This document shows, one piece after another, positions 28,705 through 37,343 of a DNA stretch of 64,000 nucleotides. The translations under genes and the position numbers were made by a program. The stretch is from assembly GCA_903901915.1 (NCBI GenBank), contig CAIUSV010000065.1, forward strand, positions 432 through 64,431. Reading direction: 5' to 3'. The number at the start of each line of letters is the position of its first letter. Positions within the stretch are counted from its first letter, which is position 1. The DNA comes from an uncultured Rhodospirillaceae bacterium (GTDB taxonomy: Bacteria > Pseudomonadota > Alphaproteobacteria > Rhodospirillales > Magnetospirillaceae). The notes beneath the pieces were generated by a model that saw only the letters and a program-made list of their open reading frames with translations, was not told the origin of the DNA and did no database searches.

Positions 28705-29728
28705 GGCCGTTCCTCCCAAGCGTTTCCGACCAGCTATTTATCCCTGACGCTAAATACGCTTGCGGAGCAGCGCCACGCTGGACGCTGCCGCACGGAGGAG
28801 AAAATGCCATGAACAGACGGATCTATTTGCCGAGGGGGTATTGCGAGATTGGCTTTGCCAACGAGATCGTGACCATTGATCAAGCGGTCAGGCTGGCCAT
28901 ACAGTCAAGCCTGACGAAAGCAGCGCAGAAAGCCAAAGGAAATTGTTGAAGGAAATTTTACGGAAATTTTTAATTTTGGCCTGAAACCGAGCATAAATAC
29001 ATATGGCCGGAGACGGCATATCATAACGTCCATAAAACGAAGCAGGCGGCGCGATACAAATAGAGTGCCCGAAACGACAGTAGGGCAACTTCGAGACGTA
29101 AGATGGAAATCTTTAAACCCGCGCAAAAAGGATCAGTCAGCAGATTAGCACGCTGCATGACTGAAACTGCGGCCAAGGCGCGGGAGTGCGATAAAGCACA
29201 CGGATTGAGTCCCCGTAAAGGTCTCGGCGCTGATACCAGTGTTAGGTGTCGCCGTAGTTGCTTGCAATCGCATAACCGCACTGAGCGTAAAGCTCAGGAG
29301 AGACGCTTCCACAGGTAAGGAATTCGGGTGCCGCCTTAACTGAAGCGAAATAACACGGCGACGGAAAAAACCGCCCCATCTCTTCCCCCACTGTCAGGCG
29401 CTTCTTCAAGAAGTTAATCGGTAAGGACACATCTCCCTGTGTCTTCCCGTAGTCAGTCAGTGGGGGGAGAAATGTGACTCGGGAAAAAGACCCTTTGAAA
29501 AAAACAAACTGATAAACTCATTGAGTTCAATTCAAGCGATATAGCCATTCCAGCTACAAAGACACTCCAGACAGAAAGCAATCGGACTAACCAACTGATT
29601 GATAAGTTGAAATTTCAGGGATTTACGTCGAATTCACTGCTGCTTTCACCCGGAGAAATCAGACAGATGGACTTACGTCATCCAAGCTATAAATATTCAC
29701 ATAAAGGAAACCTGACAGGAGATGACAC

Positions 29729-29944
29729 ATGCGAGCTATAGAATTCATGGAGGCCGACACACCAGCCAAGACCAATGCTGACAATCTGAAGCGACAGGCC
29801 GATGCGAAGGCCGAACAGGCCAAAAAGCTCAAGCAAGCCGCTTCCGTTCAGAAGAAGCGCGAGCAAGTCAACAGCACGAGGGCCTCGTTGATGACGAAGC
29901 AGGGCGAGTTGAGCAAGCTCACGGCTTCCAGCGCCAACGCCTGA
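29729..29944 (+). CDS. Small basic coiled-coil protein (71 aa)
   Basis: AGGAG RBS; A/K/Q-rich helix. Confidence 0.65.
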   Translation: MRAIEFMEADTPAKTNADNLKRQADAKAEQAKKLKQAASVQKKREQVNSTRASLMTKQGELSKLTASSANA

Positions 29945-30085
29945 GCAAAACATAATAAAAACACAGATTTCTTATGTTTGCCGTTATCCGCTTGATTATC
30001 AACGCAGATAATCGCCGTAGCGATGTCGGCGTTTTCACTCATATAATGTTTTACCTAGTGCGATAACATTTCATTAGGTAAAGCG

Positions 30086-30655
30086 ATGAAACAGGCCAAG
30101 GTACTCAGCGAAGCGGAACTGAAGCGCGTGCTGTCCGTGATCGCCAATCAACGCCATGCAGCACGCAACCGCATAGCGGTCATGCTCAGTTTCTACGGGG
30201 GAATGCGCGTCGGAGAGATCGCCCACTTGAAGGTCGGTGACGTTCTTGATGGTGACGGTCGAGTGCGCGACCAGATCACGCTGTTGGCCAGCTATACCAA
30301 GACCGCCGAAGCAAGAGCGGTGTTCGTCAGCGGTAAGCTGCGGCGTGAGCTTGAGCGGTATGTGCTGTCGGACAACCCAATTGGGGATCGCGCCTCACCG
30401 TTCCTCGTGACGCAAAAGGCCACCGCGTTCTCGGCCAACACGCTGTGCCAGCTATTCGGACAGATTTATGCGCTGGCCGGAATTGATGGTGCGAGCAGCC
30501 ACAGTGGCAGACGCTGGTTTATCACGAATTTGGCCCATAGCGGCGTGTCCGCGAAGGTGATCATGACGCTGGCTGGCCACAAACACATGAGCACGACGCA
30601 ACGCTATATCGAGGTCAACGACCAGATGATGAAAGCTGCGGTCGAAAATCTTTAG
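30086..30655 (+). CDS. Minimal tyrosine recombinase (catalytic domain only)
   Basis: 189 aa with GGMRVGEI (R), YTKT (K), SHSGRRWF (HxxR), LAGHKHMSTTQRY (H, Y). Confidence 0.93.
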   Translation: MKQAKVLSEAELKRVLSVIANQRHAARNRIAVMLSFYGGMRVGEIAHLKVGDVLDGDGRVRDQITLLASYTKTAEARAVFVSGKLRRELERYVLSDNPIGDRASPFLVTQKATAFSANTLCQLFGQIYALAGIDGASSHSGRRWFITNLAHSGVSAKVIMTLAGHKHMSTTQRYIEVNDQMMKAAVENL

Positions 30656-30671
30656 CCGCTATGGGCTGCGC

Positions 30672-30692
30672 GAACATACTTGAAGTATGTTC
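30672..30692. repeat. Palindromic site 3: GAACATAC-TTGAA-GTATGTTC
   Basis: Seen directly, 16 nt after the recombinase stop. Confidence 0.93.
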
Positions 30693-30698
30693 ATTCGA

Positions 30699-31505
30699 TC
30701 ACGTCGGTACGAGATATTTTGTAGGCCACGTCCAGTGCGTTTTCGCAAACTCTCTCCGTGACAAGTGGCCTTTGTCATTCAAAGTTAAGCCAGGAAATTT
30801 GTTCGCAAGCCATTTCTTGGCGTGGACCATCTTTTCAATTCGATCCTTATTGCTCTTGAACAACGTCGAGTTATTTGCCCCCGACAAATCCCGTATCAGG
30901 ATGTTCTCGCACTTAAATACGCCCATGCCATTGCGAATAGCCTCAAGCGCAAACGCTCCGTCCTCCATGACCGTGCATGAACAATCAAAATACAGCTTTG
31001 TCTTCGGCCTCCGGAAGAACCACAGACCCGTCGATAAATCCCACAGCTTTGTAAACGACAGGCTGTTGTTGTAAGTATCTGGAAATTCTGACCATAGGAA
31101 ATTATAATTGTCTCCGGCATTCCTGCCGTTCATTGGCATTACAATATATATGTTTTCGTCAGTTATTTTATCCAGCTGGCAAAATATCGTTCTGCCATTT
31201 TGGCGGTCGCTCAGAATGCAGTCATTGTCCGCAAAAAACGACCACTCGTCACTTCCATCATAAAAGTCATTGAGGAGCAAATTGCGAGCGCTTGATGCGC
31301 CTATTGCATTCGGGACATTGATATAGCGAATGCGCGGGTCATCAATATACCAATCAGGCTTATACTCTTGAGCCACAATTACGATTTCAGTTATTCCGAC
31401 ATCGAGCAGCCACTCAACCTGACGACGATGGTACTCGACGCGCTTATTTTGCAGGGCCAGGTCGCTTCCCATCCAAGATATGATTCGTGCAATCATCGCT
31501 CTCAC
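30699..31505 (-). CDS. GT-A fold (family 2-like) glycosyltransferase
   Basis: EIVIVAQ...GASSARNLLL...FFADNDC (DxD) pattern; AT-rich coding sequence. Confidence 0.75.
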   Translation of the reverse strand: MRAMIARIISWMGSDLALQNKRVEYHRRQVEWLLDVGITEIVIVAQEYKPDWYIDDPRIRYINVPNAIGASSARNLLLNDFYDGSDEWSFFADNDCILSDRQNGRTIFCQLDKITDENIYIVMPMNGRNAGDNYNFLWSEFPDTYNNSLSFTKLWDLSTGLWFFRRPKTKLYFDCSCTVMEDGAFALEAIRNGMGVFKCENILIRDLSGANNSTLFKSNKDRIEKMVHAKKWLANKFPGLTLNDKGHLSRREFAKTHWTWPTKYLVPT

Positions 31506-31513
31506 CGCAATTG

Positions 31514-32866
31514 TCAGGCTAGCTTCAGCTTTGCCAAGTCTGCTTCCGGGGTCGGGCTGTTGAAGGCGGCAACCAGTCGATCAACCATATCGCCCTTCTG
31601 CTCAACGAGTTGTGCCGATGCGCGATAAACGTAGCGCAGAAACATTTCCATGCTGACATTGGTAAAGTACAGGTAGCCGGTGGGCGATAGTCGTCCCTTT
31701 TCATCCAGGGTCACAAAATCAAACATTGCCCGCACCCAATCCAGCACATCACCCTGCTTGAACAAACGGATGTTCACCGTTGACGTTCCGAGAAACCCAA
31801 ACATTCCTTTGAGCCTTTCCTCAACGCACGGGCCGCAATCGGAATTGGTTGGCGTGCAGTGAACTCGACAGTCCAACCCACAAGACGGCTCAAACCAAGC
31901 CGCATGAAGCACCTTCCGCTGAATAATGTTTGGCGGTCCCTCTCCGTAATAATTGCCCTTCGTCCCAACTGCAAAGCAGGGGTTTGACGAGTCGCAGCTG
32001 ATCGTGAACTCGTCATCATCCAGGAGTTTCCGCAAAGCCCGCTGTAGCAAGGTGAATGTCGCAACGCGCTTTATGCTGGTGACGCCAAGAATATGTATCC
32101 AGCGATGTTTGCTTTTTTTTCCCAGCAAGCCGTCATTACGCATCCGTGAGATTACACGCAAGAGCGTCTTCGTGTTTCGTGCGGCATATCCACCAAATGA
32201 CCAGCCATCAAATGCCTGATCGCCAAGCTTGTCGCGATTACAATATCTCTTCACTTCGTCGTACCAACGCATGACGCCTGTTGGGCCATCGGCCTTAAGC
32301 CCTTGTACGACATTTAGAAGGCGCATCTTCTCCGGTCTGCGGTTCCTCACCTGCCAATCAAAGTTGATTTTTGACCAGTGAAGCGCATCGTCAAATGTGC
32401 GGATTGCCTTGGCTTTTTTGCTGCTGACCGAACCGCTCGGAACATCCATCGCAATCCCGATGTCCGAAATCTCCTCCTGCCATCTCAGGATTTTTTCCCG
32501 CTTGTCGTAGTATTCCCTTGGGGACCAAAGCCCCTTGTAAACCTGAAACCCGCCGCTATCGCTCATCAACGTCGTATCAGGGCGACGGTCCCATATGCCC
32601 GGCGTTTTCTGTTTTGATTTTTCGATATTCAGTTCTGCGCCGCCTGCGCTGTATAGGGCTGCATCATAGACATATGCGCCGTCTTGACTGAGAAAGTTGA
32701 AGTCTCCGAAGCCGCTAAAGTTGTGCTTCAGAAGCACGTTTTGAACGTCATCCTTACTGGAATATTGCATATAACTGCTGTGAATTGCGGGCATGACCGT
32801 CGCATTGTCCTTGCGATAATGCCTGTAGTCAGGAGGATTGTCCCGGTCAGCGTCGAAAATATCCAT
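31514..32866 (-). CDS. tRNA-guanine transglycosylase/DpdA-like protein
   Basis: Ordered TGT motifs DSGGFQ, MDVP, VVQG, DGWSFGG, HILG, SCDSSNP. ORF is open to 33118, but the start is more likely 32866. Confidence 0.85.
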   Translation of the reverse strand: MDIFDADRDNPPDYRHYRKDNATVMPAIHSSYMQYSSKDDVQNVLLKHNFSGFGDFNFLSQDGAYVYDAALYSAGGAELNIEKSKQKTPGIWDRRPDTTLMSDSGGFQVYKGLWSPREYYDKREKILRWQEEISDIGIAMDVPSGSVSSKKAKAIRTFDDALHWSKINFDWQVRNRRPEKMRLLNVVQGLKADGPTGVMRWYDEVKRYCNRDKLGDQAFDGWSFGGYAARNTKTLLRVISRMRNDGLLGKKSKHRWIHILGVTSIKRVATFTLLQRALRKLLDDDEFTISCDSSNPCFAVGTKGNYYGEGPPNIIQRKVLHAAWFEPSCGLDCRVHCTPTNSDCGPCVEERLKGMFGFLGTSTVNIRLFKQGDVLDWVRAMFDFVTLDEKGRLSPTGYLYFTNVSMEMFLRYVYRASAQLVEQKGDMVDRLVAAFNSPTPEADLAKLKLA

Positions 32867-33004
32867 CGTGCAACTCGAATGTGGTGCGATTGAGCCGATT
32901 GAATACGTCGGAGTAAATCGTATGTACGTAGCGCCTCCGCGCAATGGGCAGGATGAGGCTACGTGGCCTTCCATTCTGAGGCAAGTAGCATGGATCGGCT
33001 CGAC

Positions 33005-33025
33005 GAACATACTTGCTGTATGTTT
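33005..33025. repeat. Palindromic site 4: GAACATAC-TTGCT-GTATGTTT
   Basis: Seen directly; one arm mismatch. Confidence 0.88.
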
Positions 33026-33256
33026 GGAGCACCGCCTGGGCCGAACCATCCAGTCAGATTTCCCATTATAGCATACGCTATCAACCGAAGAGCCGCCAAG
33101 AACAAACAACGAACTCATTGCGCCGCAGCGAGCCGCACTGGGCCTAACAGGATGAAAACATTGAGAAATACCAAGAAAAATTAGCAGTTTCGTCAGCAGT
33201 TTGATTTTTGGCTTAAATATGCTATGAAATACAATGTATTACAGCTTCACTAGCAA

Positions 33257-33310
33257 ACTCTGACTCCGCCAGTCTAGGTTCGAATCCTAGTCCCCCAGCC
33301 AACTTTTTCC
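33257..33310 (+). repeat. att direct repeat, distal copy (displaced tRNA-Gln 3' half)
   Basis: 53/54 identical to 17653-17706. Confidence 0.95.
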
Positions 33311-33557
33311 TTATAAATCAGTGACTTGCTGTCGGCTTCGGCTTTAAACCGGATTTCGCACCTTTAATCCGGACGGCGACAGCCATAGGGCGGACGGATT
33401 CGGGCGCTCACTCACCAACTACATAATGCCGGATATTTGAGACAACGGCCTGCATCTCGAACCTGTTCCAGGAGCTGGATCAGGCGCTTGTCTGGGTGCA
33501 AAGCCTGGTCCACAGAAACCGAGGAAAAGCGTAAGTTCCTGTGTAGAAAGCGGCCGC

Positions 33558-33884
33558 GTGTCCAGCTGGGAAGGCTTTGTCATCGAGGCGCTGATCGCCG
33601 CCGCGCCCGAGGGAACCGTGCCGTCCTTCTACCGTACATCGGCAGGTGCCGAGATCGATCTGCTGCTGAGCCTGCCGGGAGGCCGCTCATGGGCGGTAGA
33701 GGTCAAGCGAAGCCTCTCGCCAAAGCCGGAAAAGGGCTTCCACATCGCCTGCGCCGACCTGGGGCCGGAACGGAAGTACGTGGTCTATCCCGGCGCCGAA
33801 ACCTTCCCGGCGGGCCACGGAGTGGATGCCATCGGCCTGGGGGCGTTGTGCGCGGAGCTGACCGCCGCCAGCCCTCGCGGGTAA
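33558..33884 (+). pseudogene. C-terminal fragment of an AAA ATPase/DUF4143 (PD-(D/E)xK) protein
   Basis: SWEGFVIE...FYRTSAGAEIDLLL...WAVEVKRS; the N-terminal ATPase is missing. Confidence 0.8.
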
Positions 33885-33998
33885 GCGGCTTGAACGCAAG
33901 ATGGGGTGAGCTTCCAACTGCAGGGTTCTGACTTGGCCGCCCTCGAAACTGGACAGTGACCACGTCCAGTGATTTCAAAGGGTTGGCGACAGGACTCC

Positions 33999-34022
33999 TT
34001 GATTCCCAGTTCCCCAGTCAAC
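33999..34022 (+). repeat. Third, degenerate att copy
   Basis: TTGATTCCCAGTTCCCCAGTCAAC matches 33280-33303 at 19/24 and is followed by a similar TTATA.TTCA.TG.CTT tract. Confidence 0.65.
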
Positions 34023-34226
34023 CCCTTATATTTCAATGGCTTAGCCCCCATGGAATTCTGTTCGTCTACGAGCGGCGCCGTCCTTCACCGCAGCGACAGC
34101 CGCGGAATTTCCGTATGGCCGCAAATGCGCAGTCCCCAGCGGTCAGCCCAGGGGCGAAGCGGAGGACGCATGTCGGTTGCGGGCAAGGGCCGGCCGAATG
34201 GACGATCAGAACGATGGTCGGCACGC

Positions 34227-35462
34227 TTAGGGCGTGCCGTGCCGGAGGAGATGAACGGTAGCGCCCACGGAGCACATGACATAGGCCGTCATGAATCCGA
34301 ATGCGCCGAACGTGGCACAGCTCCCGATGATATCCGGTACGCGGAGGTCGTTCGCCAGCATGAGCAGGGTGGCTGCCAGTCCGACGGCGGCGAGGACGGC
34401 GCTGGCGACATAAGGGGTTCGATGGCGTTGGTGGGTGAGGGTGGCAAATCCGAGAAACGAGCATTGCCGGGAGAGTGAATAAAGCAGGCGCCCACCGGTG
34501 TTCAACGTTCCGAGGATGCAGCCGAAACCGCTGATCGCCACTCCGCCGAGGATGGCGGGGACGACCGACCCCAAACCCAACATATCCGCGAACACCATGA
34601 CGGGATGATCGGCTTCGGCCATGTTCAGCCCATGCGCATGAAAAGCCTGAACCACGGCGTAGGAAAAGGCGACGATGGCGGTTCCCGTCAGGATGACGGT
34701 CATCATGTTGGCCCGCGGAATCATCGTCAGCGGCGATTTCGCCTCAACCCCAAGAACGGAACAGGCCTCGAAGCCGAAAAAGCACGACATCGCCAGAATC
34801 AGGCCGGAGCCGAAGGGGCGGGCGCCGACATCGACGGGCTGAAACTGGAGGGCGTCGGCGTGGATGCCGGCGCCGAGAAAATATCGCGCGGCCATTGCGG
34901 CGATCATGCCGAGCGTCACGAATTCGACGGCCATGATCGCCCGCGTCGAGACCCTGATGTCCCGGAGGGAAATCCACCCTCCCGCCGCCGCGACCAAGCC
35001 GCCGAGAACGGCCATATCCGGGGCCGTAGGGACGAGGATGCCTGTGGACTCGCCGAACATCCCGCGAAGCCCGGCGATGGCATAGTATGGGATGCCGACG
35101 AAATAGGCGGGCAGGAAAGAGACATATCCCAGCAGCAGCATCCAGCCGGCGACAGATCCGGCGCGGGGGCCGAGCGCCTCGGTCACGAACGTATGGAGCG
35201 AACCCGGCGTTGCGATCCGACCGGCAAAAACATTGACCTGAATGGCCACCAGGATATAGGTCACCGTCGCAATGGCGAAGGCCAGACACGTTCCATCGCC
35301 GGCATCGGCGTACACGAGTGGTGTCATGACGACGATGGATGCGGAAATCCCCATGGTTCCCAGCGACCCGGCGAGAACCCCGATGAACGGGAGGCATCGT
35401 GGCCGCAATCCACAATCCGGAACGGCTGACGAAAGAGATTGCGGCATCCTGGCGTTCTCCAT
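34227..35462 (-). CDS. APC family amino-acid permease, possibly frameshifted near the 3' end
   Basis: Multi-TM protein with GSLHTFV..ALG, FFGFEACSVLGVEAKSP, RLLYSLSR, HRTPYVA. Confidence 0.8.
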   Translation of the reverse strand: MENARMPQSLSSAVPDCGLRPRCLPFIGVLAGSLGTMGISASIVVMTPLVYADAGDGTCLAFAIATVTYILVAIQVNVFAGRIATPGSLHTFVTEALGPRAGSVAGWMLLLGYVSFLPAYFVGIPYYAIAGLRGMFGESTGILVPTAPDMAVLGGLVAAAGGWISLRDIRVSTRAIMAVEFVTLGMIAAMAARYFLGAGIHADALQFQPVDVGARPFGSGLILAMSCFFGFEACSVLGVEAKSPLTMIPRANMMTVILTGTAIVAFSYAVVQAFHAHGLNMAEADHPVMVFADMLGLGSVVPAILGGVAISGFGCILGTLNTGGRLLYSLSRQCSFLGFATLTHQRHRTPYVASAVLAAVGLAATLLMLANDLRVPDIIGSCATFGAFGFMTAYVMCSVGATVHLLRHGTP

Positions 35463-35492
35463 GGTGCGCTCGCTGTGACCTGTGGTGAAGCT

Positions 35493-36461
35493 ATGGCACA
35501 CGATGGCGCCGCCGGGCAATCTCCGGGACTGCCGGTGGAGCAGGTGTGGACCCGCGCCGACGGATTCGGCAGCGGGGATATGCCGTCGCCGATGGATGGG
35601 TTGCCGGACGACCTGGGAACCGTGGCATACGCGGGAAGCGTCTTGCGGCCGGGCCTTGATCTTTTCGTATACCGGGCACGGCTTGAGGCCCCGGTAACGT
35701 TCTCGTTCAGGGTGCTGACCGGCGAACCGTATTTCTGGCTTCCCGTGGTGTTGTCCGGTCGAGGCGCCTTCCGTCATCACCGGCTGTCGGGTGAGGGCGT
35801 GGCGGGAATGACCTGGATGGCACTGCTCCGCGAACCGGATACCGACCTCTTCCATCGGCCCCGCGAAGAGATGGAGTCCGTGGAAATGATCGTCACGCCT
35901 CGCCGGCTGCGCGACATGACGCGGGGGCAGCGTTTGCCCGCCGCCGTCGAACGGTTCGCCGATGGCCGTTGCGAGCCGATGGCGGCCGGGATGCGAACGA
36001 CGGCCACGATGGGCCGTATCGCCGAACAGGTAAGATGCAATCCATACCAGGGGGCGATGGCCTCGCTGTATGCGGAGGCCAAGGCATGCGAAATCCTCGC
36101 CGAGGCGTTGAGCATCCTTGCCGATAGGGACGAGCCGGCCGACCGGGTGTCGTCGGCGCGCCGACGGGCGATGGCCGCGCGGGATATCATGGTCGCCGAC
36201 CTGTCCAATCCCCCGCGCATCGCGGACGTCGCCCGGCAGGTCGGCCTGTCGCAGCGCCAATTGGACGACGTGTTCAAGGACGTCTTCGACGCCACCCCGC
36301 TGCAGTGCCTGACGATGTGGCGGCTCGACGCGGCCCGAACCGTGTTGGCGCGGGGAGACCTGTCGGTCAAGCAGGTCGCCTACCTGATGGGCTACGCCCA
36401 TGTCAGCAGCTTCAGCTACGCCTACACCCGCCGGTTCGGCGAACCTCCCAGCTGCCGCTGA
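35493..36461 (+). CDS. AraC family transcriptional regulator (PchR/YbtA-like)
   Basis: C-terminal double HTH: PPRIADVARQVGLS...RLDAAR...LSVKQVAYLMGYAHVSSFSYAYTRRFG. Confidence 0.9.
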   Translation: MAHDGAAGQSPGLPVEQVWTRADGFGSGDMPSPMDGLPDDLGTVAYAGSVLRPGLDLFVYRARLEAPVTFSFRVLTGEPYFWLPVVLSGRGAFRHHRLSGEGVAGMTWMALLREPDTDLFHRPREEMESVEMIVTPRRLRDMTRGQRLPAAVERFADGRCEPMAAGMRTTATMGRIAEQVRCNPYQGAMASLYAEAKACEILAEALSILADRDEPADRVSSARRRAMAARDIMVADLSNPPRIADVARQVGLSQRQLDDVFKDVFDATPLQCLTMWRLDAARTVLARGDLSVKQVAYLMGYAHVSSFSYAYTRRFGEPPSCR

Positions 36462-36543
36462 CCGCCAAGTCTCCTAACATATTTTCCAAACATCGAAAGG
36501 CACGCGGCTTCCACAACCTTCCGCCGGCCGACACTCTTCGCCC

Positions 36544-37095
36544 TTGGGCATGGCGGGCGAACAGGAACGGTGGAGAAGGGTGATGGAGGAAGACGGCGAT
36601 AGCGACGTGTCCGCCATGGTGAACCGCGTTTCCTCGGCACTGGGCCGGTTCGTGGACGCCACGCGATCCGTGCCCTACCGGGGGGCGGCCGCATCGCTCT
36701 ACGTCCAGGGCAAGGTTCTGGAGCTGATGGTGGAGGTTCTGGCCGGCCCCTCCACGCCCGAGGCGCCGCCCGACGGCGTAGAGGCGGTGGACCATCGGCG
36801 CGCCTGGGCCGCGCGGGATATCATGGCCGCCAATCTGGCCGATCCCCCGCATATCGGAGAAATCGCCAAGCAGGTCGGCCTGTCGCAACGTCGTCTCAAC
36901 GAGGTCTTCAAGGATCTGTTCGGCGCCTCCGCGCTCCAATACCTGACGTATCTGCGGCTTGACGAGGCCCAAACCCTCCTGACGCGGGGGGAATTGTCGG
37001 TGAAGCAGGTCGCCCATGCGATGGGGTACGCCCATGTCAGCAGCTTCAGCTACGCCTACGCGCGCCGGTTCGGCAGGCCCCCAAGCCTGGGCTGA
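36544..37095 (+). CDS. Short AraC family regulator, paralog of the upstream gene lacking most of the sensor domain
   Basis: Near-identical HTH end: LSVKQVAHAMGYAHVSSFSYAYARRFG. Confidence 0.82.
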   Translation: MGMAGEQERWRRVMEEDGDSDVSAMVNRVSSALGRFVDATRSVPYRGAAASLYVQGKVLELMVEVLAGPSTPEAPPDGVEAVDHRRAWAARDIMAANLADPPHIGEIAKQVGLSQRRLNEVFKDLFGASALQYLTYLRLDEAQTLLTRGELSVKQVAHAMGYAHVSSFSYAYARRFGRPPSLG

Positions 37096-37343
37096 AATCC
37101 AATCCTCCTAATTCTTTTTCCAATTCTCCTATCGCGGCACCGGGGAAGCGCTGACCGCTGTCTGCTAGTAGTGCTGCTCAATGGTTGCGCCCGGGAGATT
37201 GCGGACGATGCGGCAACGTCCAGTACATACATTCGTCGGTTCCGACGATATGAAATCCGTTGTATCCCGCCGCGTTGAACGCACGGCGGAAATCCCGGCG
37301 TCGCCGCCCCCCACGGGCGATGCACTCGCAGAAGTAGAATGTC

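Larger units (their letters stand above)
17653..33310. mobile_element. tRNA-Gln-targeted integrative element (about 15.6 kb)
   Basis: Flanked by 54-bp direct repeats, integrase next to the tRNA, visibly lower GC than the flanks. Confidence 0.93.

Noticed and set aside
20438-33025. Palindromic sites or the 17-bp repeats as a CRISPR array
   Set aside because: The sites are kilobases apart, the 17-mers have no spacers, and there are no cas genes.
30699-33118. Canonical dpd restriction-modification cluster or housekeeping tgt
   Set aside because: No dpdB-K or que genes are adjacent; the protein lacks the canonical TGT zinc motif and is AT-rich and island-borne.
32867-33118. N-terminal 84 aa of the 534-aa ORF
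   Set aside because: Runs across site 4 and has non-coding character; the start is more plausible at 32866.
17653-33310. Island as a prophage
   Set aside because: No capsid, terminase, tail or lysis genes recognised.
35463-36401. 5' half of the 724-aa minus ORF
   Set aside because: Antisense shadow of the AraC gene; the permease starts near 35462.
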